Notes: generated by a model from the letters alone, not told the origin. Counted from the first letter of the stretch, positions 50,226 to 60,151 are shown. The stretch: 64,000 nucleotides of DNA from Clostridiales bacterium (GCA_012517905.1 JAAYUE010000034.1:6752-70751), one strand, 5' to 3'. Numbers and translations: made by a program.

Positions 50226-50660
50226 ATGCAGAGCATTCATGAACTCTATGCGCTTTTAAAACAGAAGGGATTTCGCTTCACCGCGCCCAAGCGGGAGCTG
50301 CTGGATATTTTTCTTGCGAATCAGGATCGCATGCTCTCCGTCAGCGATGTGTTCCATCTGCTTCCGGAGAACAGCGGGATCGACAACGCGACGGTATACC
50401 GCAACATGCAAAAATTTTCCGAGCTTGGCGTTTTGGAGTCCATGGTCGATGATCGGGGCGTCAGCCGGTATACCCTTCAAGAGAAGGAGCACCACCACTA
50501 CTTGATCTGCACACAGTGCGGTCGCATCATCCGCTTTCCCTGTACCACCCATTATTGGAATTCCTTTGCTGAGGGTGCAGATTTCACAGAAACGATGCAC
50601 AAGCTTGAGGTATATGGAATCTGCGCCAGCTGCAAAAAAGCTGCGCTGGAACATAGTTAA
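50226..50660 (+). CDS. Fur-family metalloregulator (Zur/PerR-like)
   Basis: The 144-aa protein has a winged-helix N-terminus, an HHHY motif and two CxxC pairs (CTQCG...CASC). It lies immediately upstream of a metal ABC importer. Confidence 0.8.
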   Translation: MQSIHELYALLKQKGFRFTAPKRELLDIFLANQDRMLSVSDVFHLLPENSGIDNATVYRNMQKFSELGVLESMVDDRGVSRYTLQEKEHHHYLICTQCGRIIRFPCTTHYWNSFAEGADFTETMHKLEVYGICASCKKAALEHS

Positions 50661-50773
50661 GTCTTTCTCTGCAGTTCCTCGAATGGCTAGTAATCAACTT
50701 GCCTATTGACAAACAGAATCTGTCCGTGATACCCTTCTTATTGCAATTCATTTGCATTAAGGAGGTTTGCACC

Positions 50774-51685
50774 ATGAAAAAAATCCTACTTGTTGTCGTT
50801 TCTGCAGTCATGTTGCTCTCATTGGCTGCCTGTCAGTCAACGGATGTTGCCGCGGAGTCTTCCGAAACTGCGTCTGCGCCCGCGCTAACGGTGGCCGTTG
50901 GCATCGTGCCGGAGGCTGCGTTTGTCCAAGCCGTCGGCGGCGATCTTGTCTCGGTGGTCACCATGGTTCCGCCGGGATCGAGCCCCGCGAACTACCAGCC
51001 AACCGCTGCGGAAATGCAGGCGCTCTCGGACGCTTCCATCTATTTTACGCTGCAGATGCCAACCGAGAAGGCTAATATTCTGCCAAAGGTTGCCGAGTTT
51101 AATGAGAATATTCAGATTGTCGACCTGCGCGCGGCTGCAGCCGCCGTCTATCCGCTGCTGAGCGGGGACGGCGAGGAGCTCGACGCCAGCGCAACCGACT
51201 CCGTCGATCCGCATCTGTGGCTTTCCCCCAAGCGCGCGGTGGTCATGGTGCAGACGATTGCCGACCAGCTCAGCGCGGTTGACGCGGCAAACAAGGACAC
51301 CTATCAGGCAAATGCCGCGGACTACATTGCGCAGCTGACGGCGCTGGACACCGAAATTCAAACAGCCGTTTCAGCGCTGACCAACAAGTCGTTTCTGATC
51401 TATCATGCGGCCTACGGCTACTTTGCGCATGATTACGGTCTCACGATGATTGCGCTCGAAAACGAGGGTAAGCAGGCCACCGCCGAGGATTTGCAGTCCG
51501 TCATCGACTATGCCAAGCAGAACCAGATTACAACCGTATTTTATCAGGAAGAGTTTGACGACAGTCAGGCCGCGACCGTTGCCGAAGAAATCGGCGGCGT
51601 GGTACAGAAGGCCGCCCCGCTCTCCAGCGACTATATACAAGGACTGAAGGATTTTGTCTCAGCCTTGTCAAAATCCGGGGAGTAA
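50774..51685 (+). CDS. metal (Zn/Mn-type) ABC transporter substrate-binding lipoprotein, ZnuA/TroA family
   Basis: The start is ATG at 50774, after AAGGAGG. The lipobox reads LLSLAAC-QS. Cluster-9 SBP motifs are VDPHLWLSP and YHAAYGYFA. There is no long His-rich loop, so metal specificity is uncertain. Confidence 0.8.
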   Translation: MKKILLVVVSAVMLLSLAACQSTDVAAESSETASAPALTVAVGIVPEAAFVQAVGGDLVSVVTMVPPGSSPANYQPTAAEMQALSDASIYFTLQMPTEKANILPKVAEFNENIQIVDLRAAAAAVYPLLSGDGEELDASATDSVDPHLWLSPKRAVVMVQTIADQLSAVDAANKDTYQANAADYIAQLTALDTEIQTAVSALTNKSFLIYHAAYGYFAHDYGLTMIALENEGKQATAEDLQSVIDYAKQNQITTVFYQEEFDDSQAATVAEEIGGVVQKAAPLSSDYIQGLKDFVSALSKSGE

Positions 51686-51686
51686 C

Positions 51687-52370
51687 ATGGTTCGAGATAT
51701 CACATTTCAGAATGTTCGATATTGCTATGGAGAGGTTTGCGCCATCATCGGCGCAAACTTCTCTTTGCCCGAAAAGCAGCTCACCGTACTGGTCGGCCCA
51801 AACGGGGGCGGCAAGAGCACGCTGATCAAACTGAGGGCTGGGCTGATGAAGCCGGACGACGGCACCATCGACATCCGCGCAGGTGTCAATATCGGCTATG
51901 TTCCGCAGAGCAATTCCTTCGACGCCTCCTTTCCGCTGACGGTACGCGATTTGGTCTTGCAGGGCACGCTTCCAAACGCGATCAAGCCTTTCCAGCGTTA
52001 CTCCCCCTCTCAGCGGGAGAAGGCCGCTCGCGCGATTCAACGCGTCGGTCTGGAAGGGTTGGAATCACGCGGGCTTAGCCAGCTCTCCGGCGGCCAGCTC
52101 AAGCGCGCGGTTATCGGCAGACTGCTCGCCTCGGATACGAGCATGATCGTGCTGGATGAACCGGACGCCAGTCTCGACGTAGCGGCGGCGAAGGATCTCT
52201 ATGCGATGCTATACAAGCTGAAAGCGGAAAAAACGATTGTGCTGGCCAGTCACAATCTGGATGTCGCGCTCGATCTGGCGGATCACGCGATCTATGTCAG
52301 CAAGACCGTGACCGCTTTCCCCTCCGCCCGGATGCTAAAAGAAACTCTGAAAGGCGGAATCCAGCTTTGA
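51687..52370 (+). CDS. metal ABC transporter ATP-binding protein (ZnuC-like)
   Basis: Motifs are GPNGGGKST, LSGGQ, VLDEPDA and SHN. The start ATG at 51687 is 2 nt after the SBP stop. Confidence 0.85.
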   Translation: MVRDITFQNVRYCYGEVCAIIGANFSLPEKQLTVLVGPNGGGKSTLIKLRAGLMKPDDGTIDIRAGVNIGYVPQSNSFDASFPLTVRDLVLQGTLPNAIKPFQRYSPSQREKAARAIQRVGLEGLESRGLSQLSGGQLKRAVIGRLLASDTSMIVLDEPDASLDVAAAKDLYAMLYKLKAEKTIVLASHNLDVALDLADHAIYVSKTVTAFPSARMLKETLKGGIQL

Positions 52371-53215
52371 TCGACGCAATTTTACACTATTCTTTTATGC
52401 GAAATGCGTTGTTTGCTGCATTTCTCGCGAGCATTGTGACCGGCATCATTGGAACCATCGCCATCGAAAAAAAACTCGTCAGCATGTCCGGCGGTATTGC
52501 GCATGCGTCGTTTGGCGGAATCGGGCTGGGCTATCTGTTGGGGTTTGAGCCAATCTGGGGCGGATTGCTCTTCGCCGTCGGCGCGTCCTGCGCCGTTTGC
52601 AAGCTGCCCGAGCAGAGCCGCCTCAAAGCGGATACCATGATCGGCATTCTCTGGTCTTTTGGCATGGCGTTGGGCATTCTGTTTATCTCGCTCTCACCCG
52701 GGTATATGCCGGATATGACGAGCTATCTCTTTGGCGATATCCTCACGGTATCCCGTGGTGCCTTATGGACAATGGCGGGATTCACCATCGTCGTTGTGCT
52801 TGTGTTTGTTCTTTTTTATCACCATCTGGTGCTTTATCTCTTCGATGAGGAATATATGCGCGCGCGCGGCATGCGCGCAGGCCTCATGGAATGGATCGTG
52901 TACCTGATTATTCCGATTGGGATCATCGTGCTGGTAAAAGTGGTTGGTATCATTTTGACCATCGCGCTATTGACCATCCCCGTATCGATTGCCAAGATGC
53001 GGTTTCGTTCCATCGGTAAGGTGATCGTGTCCTCCATGATCGTGAGTTTTCTATTTTGCCTGACCGGGATCACGTTGGCATATTATCTCAACATTCCCTC
53101 CGGCGTCAGCATCGTCATCATCAGCGCAACGGTTTATTTTTTGATGGCAATCCTGCGGGATCGCGTTCGAAAATGGAAGCACCGGCGCATGAAGCACATG
53201 CGCTCGTCAATCTAG
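52367..53215 (+). CDS. metal ABC transporter permease (ZnuB-like)
   Basis: The start is TTG at 52367, overlapping the ATPase stop. The protein has ~8 hydrophobic segments and the conserved N-terminus LHYSFMRNAL. Confidence 0.8.
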   Translation: MIDAILHYSFMRNALFAAFLASIVTGIIGTIAIEKKLVSMSGGIAHASFGGIGLGYLLGFEPIWGGLLFAVGASCAVCKLPEQSRLKADTMIGILWSFGMALGILFISLSPGYMPDMTSYLFGDILTVSRGALWTMAGFTIVVVLVFVLFYHHLVLYLFDEEYMRARGMRAGLMEWIVYLIIPIGIIVLVKVVGIILTIALLTIPVSIAKMRFRSIGKVIVSSMIVSFLFCLTGITLAYYLNIPSGVSIVIISATVYFLMAILRDRVRKWKHRRMKHMRSSI

Positions 53216-53221
53216 TCCGTC

Positions 53222-53264
53222 AAAAACACGCGGCGCTCCGGATTTGGAACGCCGCGTGTTTTGT
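53222..53264. terminator. bidirectional rho-independent terminator between convergent znuB-like and Mo-hydroxylase operons
   Basis: The sequence is caaaaACACGCGGCG-(14-nt loop)-CGCCGCGTGTtttg, with a GC-rich 11-bp stem. Confidence 0.75.
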
Positions 53265-53374
53265 CGCAAAGACATTTGACTATAATGGTTTTCATGTTGT
53301 TGTCAGTATCAAATGCTTATTGATTCAAAGTAAATATTGTTTCAGAAATTGTCGGATTAATAAAGAGCCATTAA

Positions 53375-54193
53375 CTATATTTCATAATGATTGAGAAAGT
53401 CCAGCAGCAGATTAAGACAAACCGCCTTACGATACTCTGAGGAAACACGCCCGCGCGTTGGGACGATCGCTTTGTCGTAGGCTGCTAGATAGTCAGATCG
53501 GATCGCCTTTACCTGCTCAACCGATTTACCGATGAGCATGGAATCGATCTCCGGGCGGCGGATGACCACGTCGCTGACCGCGCCAAAGGCGGTCGCGCAG
53601 TGTGCAATCACGCCGTTATCCAGCGTGAGCAATCCCACAAACGAGATACGGGAGATGGCGAGCGCTTTTCGCGCGGCAACTTTCTGATAGACATATCCAT
53701 CGAGCCAGCGCAGCGGCAGTAGTACTTCCGTGATCAACTCATCAGGATGCAGCGCGAGCTGTTTACGGCCAATGTAAAAATCCCGAATCGGCAGAATCCG
53801 TGTGCCCGTGCTGCTCTCAAGCTTGAGCGAGGCATCTGCGACGAAGAAAATCAGTGCGCTGTCCGCCTTGGCGCTGCCGTTTCCGATGTTACCTCCGATT
53901 GTGCCCTCATTTCGAATCGCGGGGGCGGCAATTTGGGAGAGTGCCTCTTTGAGCAGAGCGGGGGTGAGCGGGTGCTCCAGAAGCTCGGTAAAGGTGCAGC
54001 CCGCGCCGAGATGCAGAATCCCATCCTCTAGATAGACCCGCTTGAGCTCCGGCACGGCGTGCAGAAACAGATAGCTTCCGGGGTGCTGTTCGCCGATCAT
54101 CAAATCGGTGCCGCCGGCATAGGGGATCACGTCGTTTGCCGCGCGGATTTCCAGTGCCTGCCGGAGCGAATTTGGGTTGAATCCGTTTACCAT
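53375..54193 (-). CDS. xanthine dehydrogenase-family FAD-binding subunit (CoxM/XdhB-like)
   Basis: The N-terminus AANDVIPYAGGTDLMI is the FAD_binding_5 hallmark, and GTIGGNIGNGS is also present. The gene overlaps the upstream 2Fe-2S gene by 7 nt. Confidence 0.8.
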   Translation of the reverse strand: MVNGFNPNSLRQALEIRAANDVIPYAGGTDLMIGEQHPGSYLFLHAVPELKRVYLEDGILHLGAGCTFTELLEHPLTPALLKEALSQIAAPAIRNEGTIGGNIGNGSAKADSALIFFVADASLKLESSTGTRILPIRDFYIGRKQLALHPDELITEVLLPLRWLDGYVYQKVAARKALAISRISFVGLLTLDNGVIAHCATAFGAVSDVVIRRPEIDSMLIGKSVEQVKAIRSDYLAAYDKAIVPTRGRVSSEYRKAVCLNLLLDFLNHYEI

Positions 54194-54663
54194 AATCCGT
54201 TGCCCTCCTTTGCGGCAGATTGAATCGCGGTGACAATCGCGTTATAACCCGTGCAGCGGCAGAGATTGCCGGAGATTCCCGCGCGAATCTCTTCCTCGGT
54301 GGGATGTGGGGTTTTCGCTAGGATGGCTTCGCTTGCGAGGATCATGCCGGGAGTGCAAAAGCCACACTGTACAGCGGAGACGGCTGCATATGCAGCATTG
54401 AGCGCGGCAAAGCGTGCGGTCTTGCTGTAGCCTTCGATGGTGACGATGCTTGCCCCCGCGACACGTCCCATGGCGACCATACAGCTATTGACAAGCTTGC
54501 CGTCAAGTAACACGCTGCAAGCACCGCATTCGCCTTCCTTACAACCGCACTTAACGCCCGTTAAGGCGAAGTTGTCGCGCAGCACGTCGAGCAGCCGTGT
54601 AGTCGCGCTGCCGGTATACGAAACGCGCTCACCATTGAGTTGAAATTCAATTCCTTGATCCAT
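54187..54663 (-). CDS. (2Fe-2S)-binding small subunit of Mo-hydroxylase (CoxS/XdhC-type)
   Basis: Motifs are [25 protein letters not shown] and CRCTGY. The RBS AAGGAGGA precedes the ATG at 54663. Confidence 0.88.
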   Translation of the reverse strand: MDQGIEFQLNGERVSYTGSATTRLLDVLRDNFALTGVKCGCKEGECGACSVLLDGKLVNSCMVAMGRVAGASIVTIEGYSKTARFAALNAAYAAVSAVQCGFCTPGMILASEAILAKTPHPTEEEIRAGISGNLCRCTGYNAIVTAIQSAAKEGNGLW

Positions 54664-54677
54664 ATGCGTATTCCTCC

Positions 54678-56792
54678 TTATTCTTGAGTTGCGCCAAGCA
54701 GCGCGTCTTCCGCAGAGAACGGAATGTGCTGAATCTTGCGGTTCAGCGCCTGCTCCATGGCGGCCATATATGCGCCCGGCATTCCGACGAGCGGCAGCTC
54801 ACCCGCGCCTTTTGCACCATACGGCCCAAGGGGATATTCCTCAACGTGCATCTTGACCTCTAGCACGGGAACATCCATTGAGGTCGGGATGAGATAATCC
54901 GAAAAGCTGTTATTACGGATACGTCCATTATTATCAGTAGCCATCTGCTCCATGCTTGCGTAGCCAAGCCCCTGCATCAGGCCGCCTTCCATCTGACCGA
55001 CCACGATGTTGTAATCAATCGGGGTGCCGACATCGAAACTCGCCCAAGCGCCGAGGACCTTGTTCACACCCGTGAGGGTGTCTACCTCGACCTCGACAGC
55101 GCTTGCCGCCCAGGCGTAGGTCGGGTAGGCATCGCCTTGGAATTTTTCGATGTCAAACGGAATGACAAAATCCGGCTCGACGAAGCGCTCCTCCACGGTC
55201 TGATCCTCACCTTCCTTCCATTCACTGCGCAGGTGAATCGCTGCGCGGCGCAATAACTCGCCAACCGTCATGAGACTGCGCGAGGCGACAGTGGGGCCGG
55301 AATCTGGCACGCGGTCGGTATCGGGATTGTTGTAGGTGACGCGCTCCAGCGGAAGGTTGAGCTCATTTGCGACGATCTTGCAGAGCGTCGTCTTAATACC
55401 CTGACCAATATCGGACTGGCTCGCGAGAATTTCGACGTACCCACTCGTTGTTTTATGCAGACGGGTGACGGCCTTGATGTGATCCCGTTCGCCGCTGCCG
55501 GTAAAGCCTGCGCCGTGGAACCAGATACTGATCCCGATGCCTCGCTGAAACCGCTCCGGTTTTGCGGTGTTATACGTTGCGCGTTTCTGGCTATATCCGC
55601 TCATCTGCTCGACTTCGGCAATCATGTCCGGAAGTGGAACGGGAAAATGGTAAATGCCTCCAGTGGAGGTTGCGTCGCCCTGCTTCACGAGATGTCGCTG
55701 TTTAAAGGGGAGCGGTTCCTCGCCAAGGTCGCGTGCGATATGGTTCATCATCATTTCAACGGCAAAGAATGTTTGCGGTCCGCCAAATCCGCGATAAGCG
55801 CCGTTTGGGACGGTATTGGTCTTCATCGCTCTACCGCGCACGCGCAGGTTTTCCACGTTGTAGACGCCTGGCGCGGCGATGAGACCGCGTTGGAGCACAA
55901 CGGCGGAGAGCGTAGTGTATCCGCCCGCGTTAAAGATTACGTCAATGTCCATCGCGGTGACACGCCTGTCTTTCACGGCGACACGATAGGTGGAAAGTGA
56001 TGGGTGCCGTTTGGAGGTAAACTCCATGTCCTCTCTGCGGTCAAAGATCACACGCACGGGTTTGCCGCCCGCGTGATAAGCCGCAACTGCAACTTCGCAC
56101 GCAAGGATGGAGGGATACGCCTCTTTTCCCCCAAAGCCGCCCCCCGTTATATCCTGCACTACGCGGACGCGATCGGGTGTGAGACCGAGTGCCTTTGCAA
56201 TTGCACCGTGCACATAATAGGGACACTGCATGCTGCCGTGAATGCTGAGTTTTCCATCGGCAAACGTGGCGATCATGCCCTGTGTTTCTAGATACGCCTG
56301 CTCCTGATAGCCGGTTTCAAACTCTTCTTGATAGACTTTATCCGCGTTAGCAAACGCACTATCAGGATCGCCTTTTCCGAAGTTATAGTCAAAAAAGGTG
56401 GTTATGGAATCCCGGACGTCCAGCGTGGCGGGCAATGGCTCATAGACCACTTCGATTTCGCCCGCAATGCGCAGTACGGTGTTTTCGTCGGGACCTACGA
56501 CCATCAGCACCGGATCACCGATGTATTCCACGGTTTCGACGGCGAACACTGGCGTATCGTCCTTGACAATATGCACCTCATTGATGCCCGGCACGTCGCG
56601 GTGGTCTACGATGAAATATCCCTCCGGCAGGGCGTAGGGTTTAATTTCGATGATGCGCGCGTGCGGGTGCGGTGAGCGGACAATCCGCCCGTGGAGCATG
56701 CCCGCCTGCGGATAGTCGCCGACATACCATGCGGTGCCATCGATCTTCGTCTGGTGATCCTTCTTGACGACGGATTTGCTGATTTTTTTCAC
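54678..56792 (-). CDS. molybdopterin-binding large subunit of xanthine dehydrogenase/aldehyde oxidase family
   Basis: The start is GTG at 56792, after AGGAGG. Motifs include GGGFGGKE, the hammerhead N-terminus (KIDGTAWYVGDY...HARI) and GAGELPLVG near the C-terminus. Confidence 0.88.
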   Translation of the reverse strand: MKKISKSVVKKDHQTKIDGTAWYVGDYPQAGMLHGRIVRSPHPHARIIEIKPYALPEGYFIVDHRDVPGINEVHIVKDDTPVFAVETVEYIGDPVLMVVGPDENTVLRIAGEIEVVYEPLPATLDVRDSITTFFDYNFGKGDPDSAFANADKVYQEEFETGYQEQAYLETQGMIATFADGKLSIHGSMQCPYYVHGAIAKALGLTPDRVRVVQDITGGGFGGKEAYPSILACEVAVAAYHAGGKPVRVIFDRREDMEFTSKRHPSLSTYRVAVKDRRVTAMDIDVIFNAGGYTTLSAVVLQRGLIAAPGVYNVENLRVRGRAMKTNTVPNGAYRGFGGPQTFFAVEMMMNHIARDLGEEPLPFKQRHLVKQGDATSTGGIYHFPVPLPDMIAEVEQMSGYSQKRATYNTAKPERFQRGIGISIWFHGAGFTGSGERDHIKAVTRLHKTTSGYVEILASQSDIGQGIKTTLCKIVANELNLPLERVTYNNPDTDRVPDSGPTVASRSLMTVGELLRRAAIHLRSEWKEGEDQTVEERFVEPDFVIPFDIEKFQGDAYPTYAWAASAVEVEVDTLTGVNKVLGAWASFDVGTPIDYNIVVGQMEGGLMQGLGYASMEQMATDNNGRIRNNSFSDYLIPTSMDVPVLEVKMHVEEYPLGPYGAKGAGELPLVGMPGAYMAAMEQALNRKIQHIPFSAEDALLGATQE

Positions 56793-56815
56793 GACGAATT
56801 CCTCCTAAATCAATG

Positions 56816-57469
56816 TTACGAGTGTCCAATCACCACGCGCTCCGGCGCGGTGGGTTGCGGGTTTCGTAGCGCCAGATAGCGCGCGAGCCGCTCAAAATCC
56901 AACAGTGTGTCCGCGTCCATCAGGCAGCCTTCATCAGTAACCGGAACCTCCGCAATAGCTCCTTCCAGCACACTCCATACGCCGCGCAGGCCGCTCGTTC
57001 CGCGATAGTTGAGGATGTTCTTCCTGCAAGTAGCGCCAATGAGCGGCGGGTGCTTGCGATAGCCTTCCACGGTAGGAAACGTAACGGCTGGTAACTGTTC
57101 TTCCATCATCTGCCGAAGACGAAGAAATGTGTCCTGATTCACGGCTGGCATATCACCTGGAAGCAGAAAGAATGCGTCGCATGGGGGAAGGGCTGCAACG
57201 CCAACTTTGACGGAGGTGAGCATATCGCTCTCGGAAAACGCCGGGTTAAAGGCGATTTGCACTTGCCCGGGCGGAAACAGCTCTTCCAGCTCCAATGCTA
57301 CCTCCCGCGCGCGATACCCCAGCACGACGGTAATCTCCGTTGCACCGCCTGTCAGCAGGCTCTCTACACTCAGCGCCAGCAAGGATTGTCCACGGATACG
57401 CATCAGTGGTTTAAACGCACCCATACGGCTGGAGAGTCCCGCCGCGAGGATCAATCCGTGGATGTTCAA
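56816..57469 (-). CDS. MobA/MocA-like molybdenum cofactor nucleotidyltransferase
   Basis: The N-terminal signature GLILAAGLSSRMGAFKPL is present. The start is TTG at 57469, overlapping the upstream TGA. Confidence 0.75.
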   Translation of the reverse strand: MNIHGLILAAGLSSRMGAFKPLMRIRGQSLLALSVESLLTGGATEITVVLGYRAREVALELEELFPPGQVQIAFNPAFSESDMLTSVKVGVAALPPCDAFFLLPGDMPAVNQDTFLRLRQMMEEQLPAVTFPTVEGYRKHPPLIGATCRKNILNYRGTSGLRGVWSVLEGAIAEVPVTDEGCLMDADTLLDFERLARYLALRNPQPTAPERVVIGHS

Positions 57470-60030
57470 GTGTTCTCCTTTTTATAGAAGGTGTTCTTCA
57501 ACGGAAGTGAGGTGCGGAATTGCCCATCCAGCCGATAATACGCATGCGAGCAGGCGGGGGAGGTTGGAATCAAGCAGAGTTCGCCAACGCCCTTTGCGCC
57601 GAAAGCGAGCGGGAGCTTGTTCGGCGACTGCACCAACCGCACTTCGATTTCGGGTATGTCCGTTGCGCGCATGAGTCCAAGCTTGCCAAACTTCACTTGC
57701 GGATAGCCACCTTCGGTCTTGTAATCCTCTGTGAGTGCAAAGCCAAGACCCATGACGATACCGCCCTCAATCTGACCCTCGACACTCTGAATGTTGACGG
57801 GGGTGCCGACATCGTAAGCCGCGACCACGCGTTCAACCTTGCCGGTTTTATGAAGCACGACCACCTGCGCGCCATAGCTGTAGCTCACGTGGCTCACGGG
57901 ATTTGGTTTGTTTGTGCCCATGGGGTCGGTGATCGGGACATACTCGCCATAAAACTCCTGCCCTTCCAGGTCGGCCAGCGTTTTGCCGGAGTCGAGCGCC
58001 GTGCACAGCGCCTCGCCGGCCTTTCGCGCCGCTTCTCCGGTGATGACCGTTTGGCGTGAGGCAGTGCTCGTTCCGCTGTCCGGCGTGCGGACAGTGTCCG
58101 CTCGCTCGTGAAGCAATAGTTTTGGGTCAAGACCCGTCTGCTCGCAGATTATCTGGGTGCAAACCGTCGCGATGCCCTGCCCCATGCAGGCGGCACTGGT
58201 GCGGATGTGTACAAGGCCGCTTTCAATCGAGAGCTTGCATCGCCCCGTGTCACGAATGCCGATGCCTTTTCCACTGTTCTTGAAAGCGCAGGCAATTCCT
58301 GCGTACGGACTGGATTCGTAGACGTCCTTGATGGCGAGGAGGCATTCTGCCAGTGCGCAATCCCCGTCCGCGAGCTGTCCGTTTGGCAGCTCCTGCCCCG
58401 GACGGACTGCGTTTTTGTAGCGGATTTCCCAGGGCGAGATGCCGACCATCTCCGCGAGCAGGTTGAGGTTGTTCTCGGTGGCAAAGCAGCTCTGCGTGAC
58501 GCCAAAGCCGCGGTATGCGCCCGCAACAACGTTGTTGGTGTATACGCTGATGCCAAGGATGTCGATGTTTTGATAGTTATAAGGCCCAGCCGCGTGCGTG
58601 CAGGCACGCTGAAGCACAGGCCCGCCAAGGCTGGCGTATGCACCACTGTCCGCGATGAGAACTGCCTTCATTGCGGTGAGTTTGCCTGTTTCGTCACAGG
58701 CGGTGGTGAATTCCATGTGCATTGGGTGCCGTTTGGTATGGTATTCCAGACTCTCTTGCCGCGAGAACTGCACCTTGACCGGGGCTTTGACGTGCCAGGC
58801 CATGAGCGCGGCGTGGTGCTGCACGCTCATGTCCTCCTTGCCGCCAAAGCCGCCGCCGACGAGCATGCTGTGGCAATGCACCTTTTCTTCTGGAATGCGC
58901 AGCATAGCCGCGACCTCGTGCTTTTCGTCATAGACACTCTGAGCGCCGCTGTAGAGCAGGATGCCATCCTCGCCTTCCGGAAGGGCGATGGCGCACTCTG
59001 GCTCCATAAATGCATGATCATTGAGTGGGGTGTAGTATTTTTTTGTGACGACATATTTCGAATTACGAATCGCCGCATCCGCGTCGCCGCGCTTGAGTGT
59101 TTCCCGGCGGACGATGTTACCGCCTTTGTGTAGGAGCGGCGCATCCGCCGCGAGCGCGTCAAGCGGGGAGCTTACAGGCGTGAGTTCGGTGTAATCCACG
59201 TCGATGAGTGCAAGCACCTCGTCCAGCGCGCGCTCGGTTCTGGTACAGACGAGCGCAATCGCGTCGCCGATGTACCGCGTGATATCGCCTTCGGCAATCA
59301 TCACATCCCAATCCGGCACGATATGCCCCGTTTTGTTGTAGGGGACGTCCTTTGCTGTAAGGATGCGGACGCAGTTGGGATGCTGCTCGGCGCGACTCAA
59401 GTCGATGCGGTTAACCCGTGCGCGCGGGTAACGCGAACGAAGCGCCTTTGCAAACAGCATGTTCGGCAAATGCAGATCACCGACGAATTGTCCGGTGCCA
59501 AGCACCTTCTCTGCCACGTCGGGGCGAATTAAGCGGCGATTCACGCCCGTGCTGTCCGGCAGGGCGGGAATGGGCAGTTCTTCTCGGAAAAAGCGCGCTG
59601 CCAAGAGAATTGCTTCTTCAATTTTTTTATAACCCGTGCAACGGCAAATATTGCCTCGAATAGCGGCTTTGACCTCTTCGCGCGTTGGCGTCAGCGTGCT
59701 ATCCAAAAGCGCTTTGGCGCAAATAACCATGCCAGGAGTGCAAAAGCCGCATTGCACCGCGCCCGCTTCACCAAAACAGTACACATAGACTTCTTTTTCG
59801 CGCGGGGATAATCCCTCAACGGTCTGGACGGACTTTCCTTCAAAGCGAGAGAGCGTCTGCGTGCAGGCCTTCACCTTTTTTCCGTCCACGAGAACGGTGC
59901 AAGTACCACAAACGCCTTCGCTGCATCCATCTTTTGCGGCGGTTAAGCCGAGCGAGTCCCGCAAAAACGAGAGCAGGGTAATGTCCTCTTCCGATTGAAC
60001 TGGGATTCCGTTTACGGTTAATGCAATCAC
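57466..60030 (-). CDS. fused 2Fe-2S / molybdopterin aldehyde-oxidoreductase-like enzyme (Mop-type, no FAD domain)
   Basis: N-terminal motifs are LTVNG...[24 protein letters not shown] and CRCTGY. They are followed by a Mo-binding domain (GGGFGGKED, GVGELCLIP). I prefer the GTG start at 60030 (AAAGGAGA 7 nt upstream); ATG at 60060 has no RBS. Confidence 0.85.
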   Translation of the reverse strand: MIALTVNGIPVQSEEDITLLSFLRDSLGLTAAKDGCSEGVCGTCTVLVDGKKVKACTQTLSRFEGKSVQTVEGLSPREKEVYVYCFGEAGAVQCGFCTPGMVICAKALLDSTLTPTREEVKAAIRGNICRCTGYKKIEEAILLAARFFREELPIPALPDSTGVNRRLIRPDVAEKVLGTGQFVGDLHLPNMLFAKALRSRYPRARVNRIDLSRAEQHPNCVRILTAKDVPYNKTGHIVPDWDVMIAEGDITRYIGDAIALVCTRTERALDEVLALIDVDYTELTPVSSPLDALAADAPLLHKGGNIVRRETLKRGDADAAIRNSKYVVTKKYYTPLNDHAFMEPECAIALPEGEDGILLYSGAQSVYDEKHEVAAMLRIPEEKVHCHSMLVGGGFGGKEDMSVQHHAALMAWHVKAPVKVQFSRQESLEYHTKRHPMHMEFTTACDETGKLTAMKAVLIADSGAYASLGGPVLQRACTHAAGPYNYQNIDILGISVYTNNVVAGAYRGFGVTQSCFATENNLNLLAEMVGISPWEIRYKNAVRPGQELPNGQLADGDCALAECLLAIKDVYESSPYAGIACAFKNSGKGIGIRDTGRCKLSIESGLVHIRTSAACMGQGIATVCTQIICEQTGLDPKLLLHERADTVRTPDSGTSTASRQTVITGEAARKAGEALCTALDSGKTLADLEGQEFYGEYVPITDPMGTNKPNPVSHVSYSYGAQVVVLHKTGKVERVVAAYDVGTPVNIQSVEGQIEGGIVMGLGFALTEDYKTEGGYPQVKFGKLGLMRATDIPEIEVRLVQSPNKLPLAFGAKGVGELCLIPTSPACSHAYYRLDGQFRTSLPLKNTFYKKENT

Positions 60031-60130
60031 AGGCAGATCTCCTTTCAAAGAGAAAAGCATAGGCGATGGTTTGGCGCGCGAGTTGATGTTTTACGCGGCG
60101 CATCTGACTAATGACAGGTGGACAAAATGC

Positions 60131-60151
60131 GTTATATTAACATATGATAAC
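60131..60151. promoter_or_regulatory. T-N11-A type inverted repeat (candidate operator) upstream of the Mop-like gene
   Basis: GTTAT-attaacatatg-ATAAC lies 70-120 nt upstream of the possible starts at 60030/60060. Confidence 0.3.

Noticed and set aside
53375-60060. Selenocysteine or selenium-dependent Mo-hydroxylase interpretation.
   Set aside because: All ORFs are continuous without in-frame TGA. No SECIS-like need and no selD/yqeB/yqeC-type genes are seen in the window, so this cannot be supported from the sequence.
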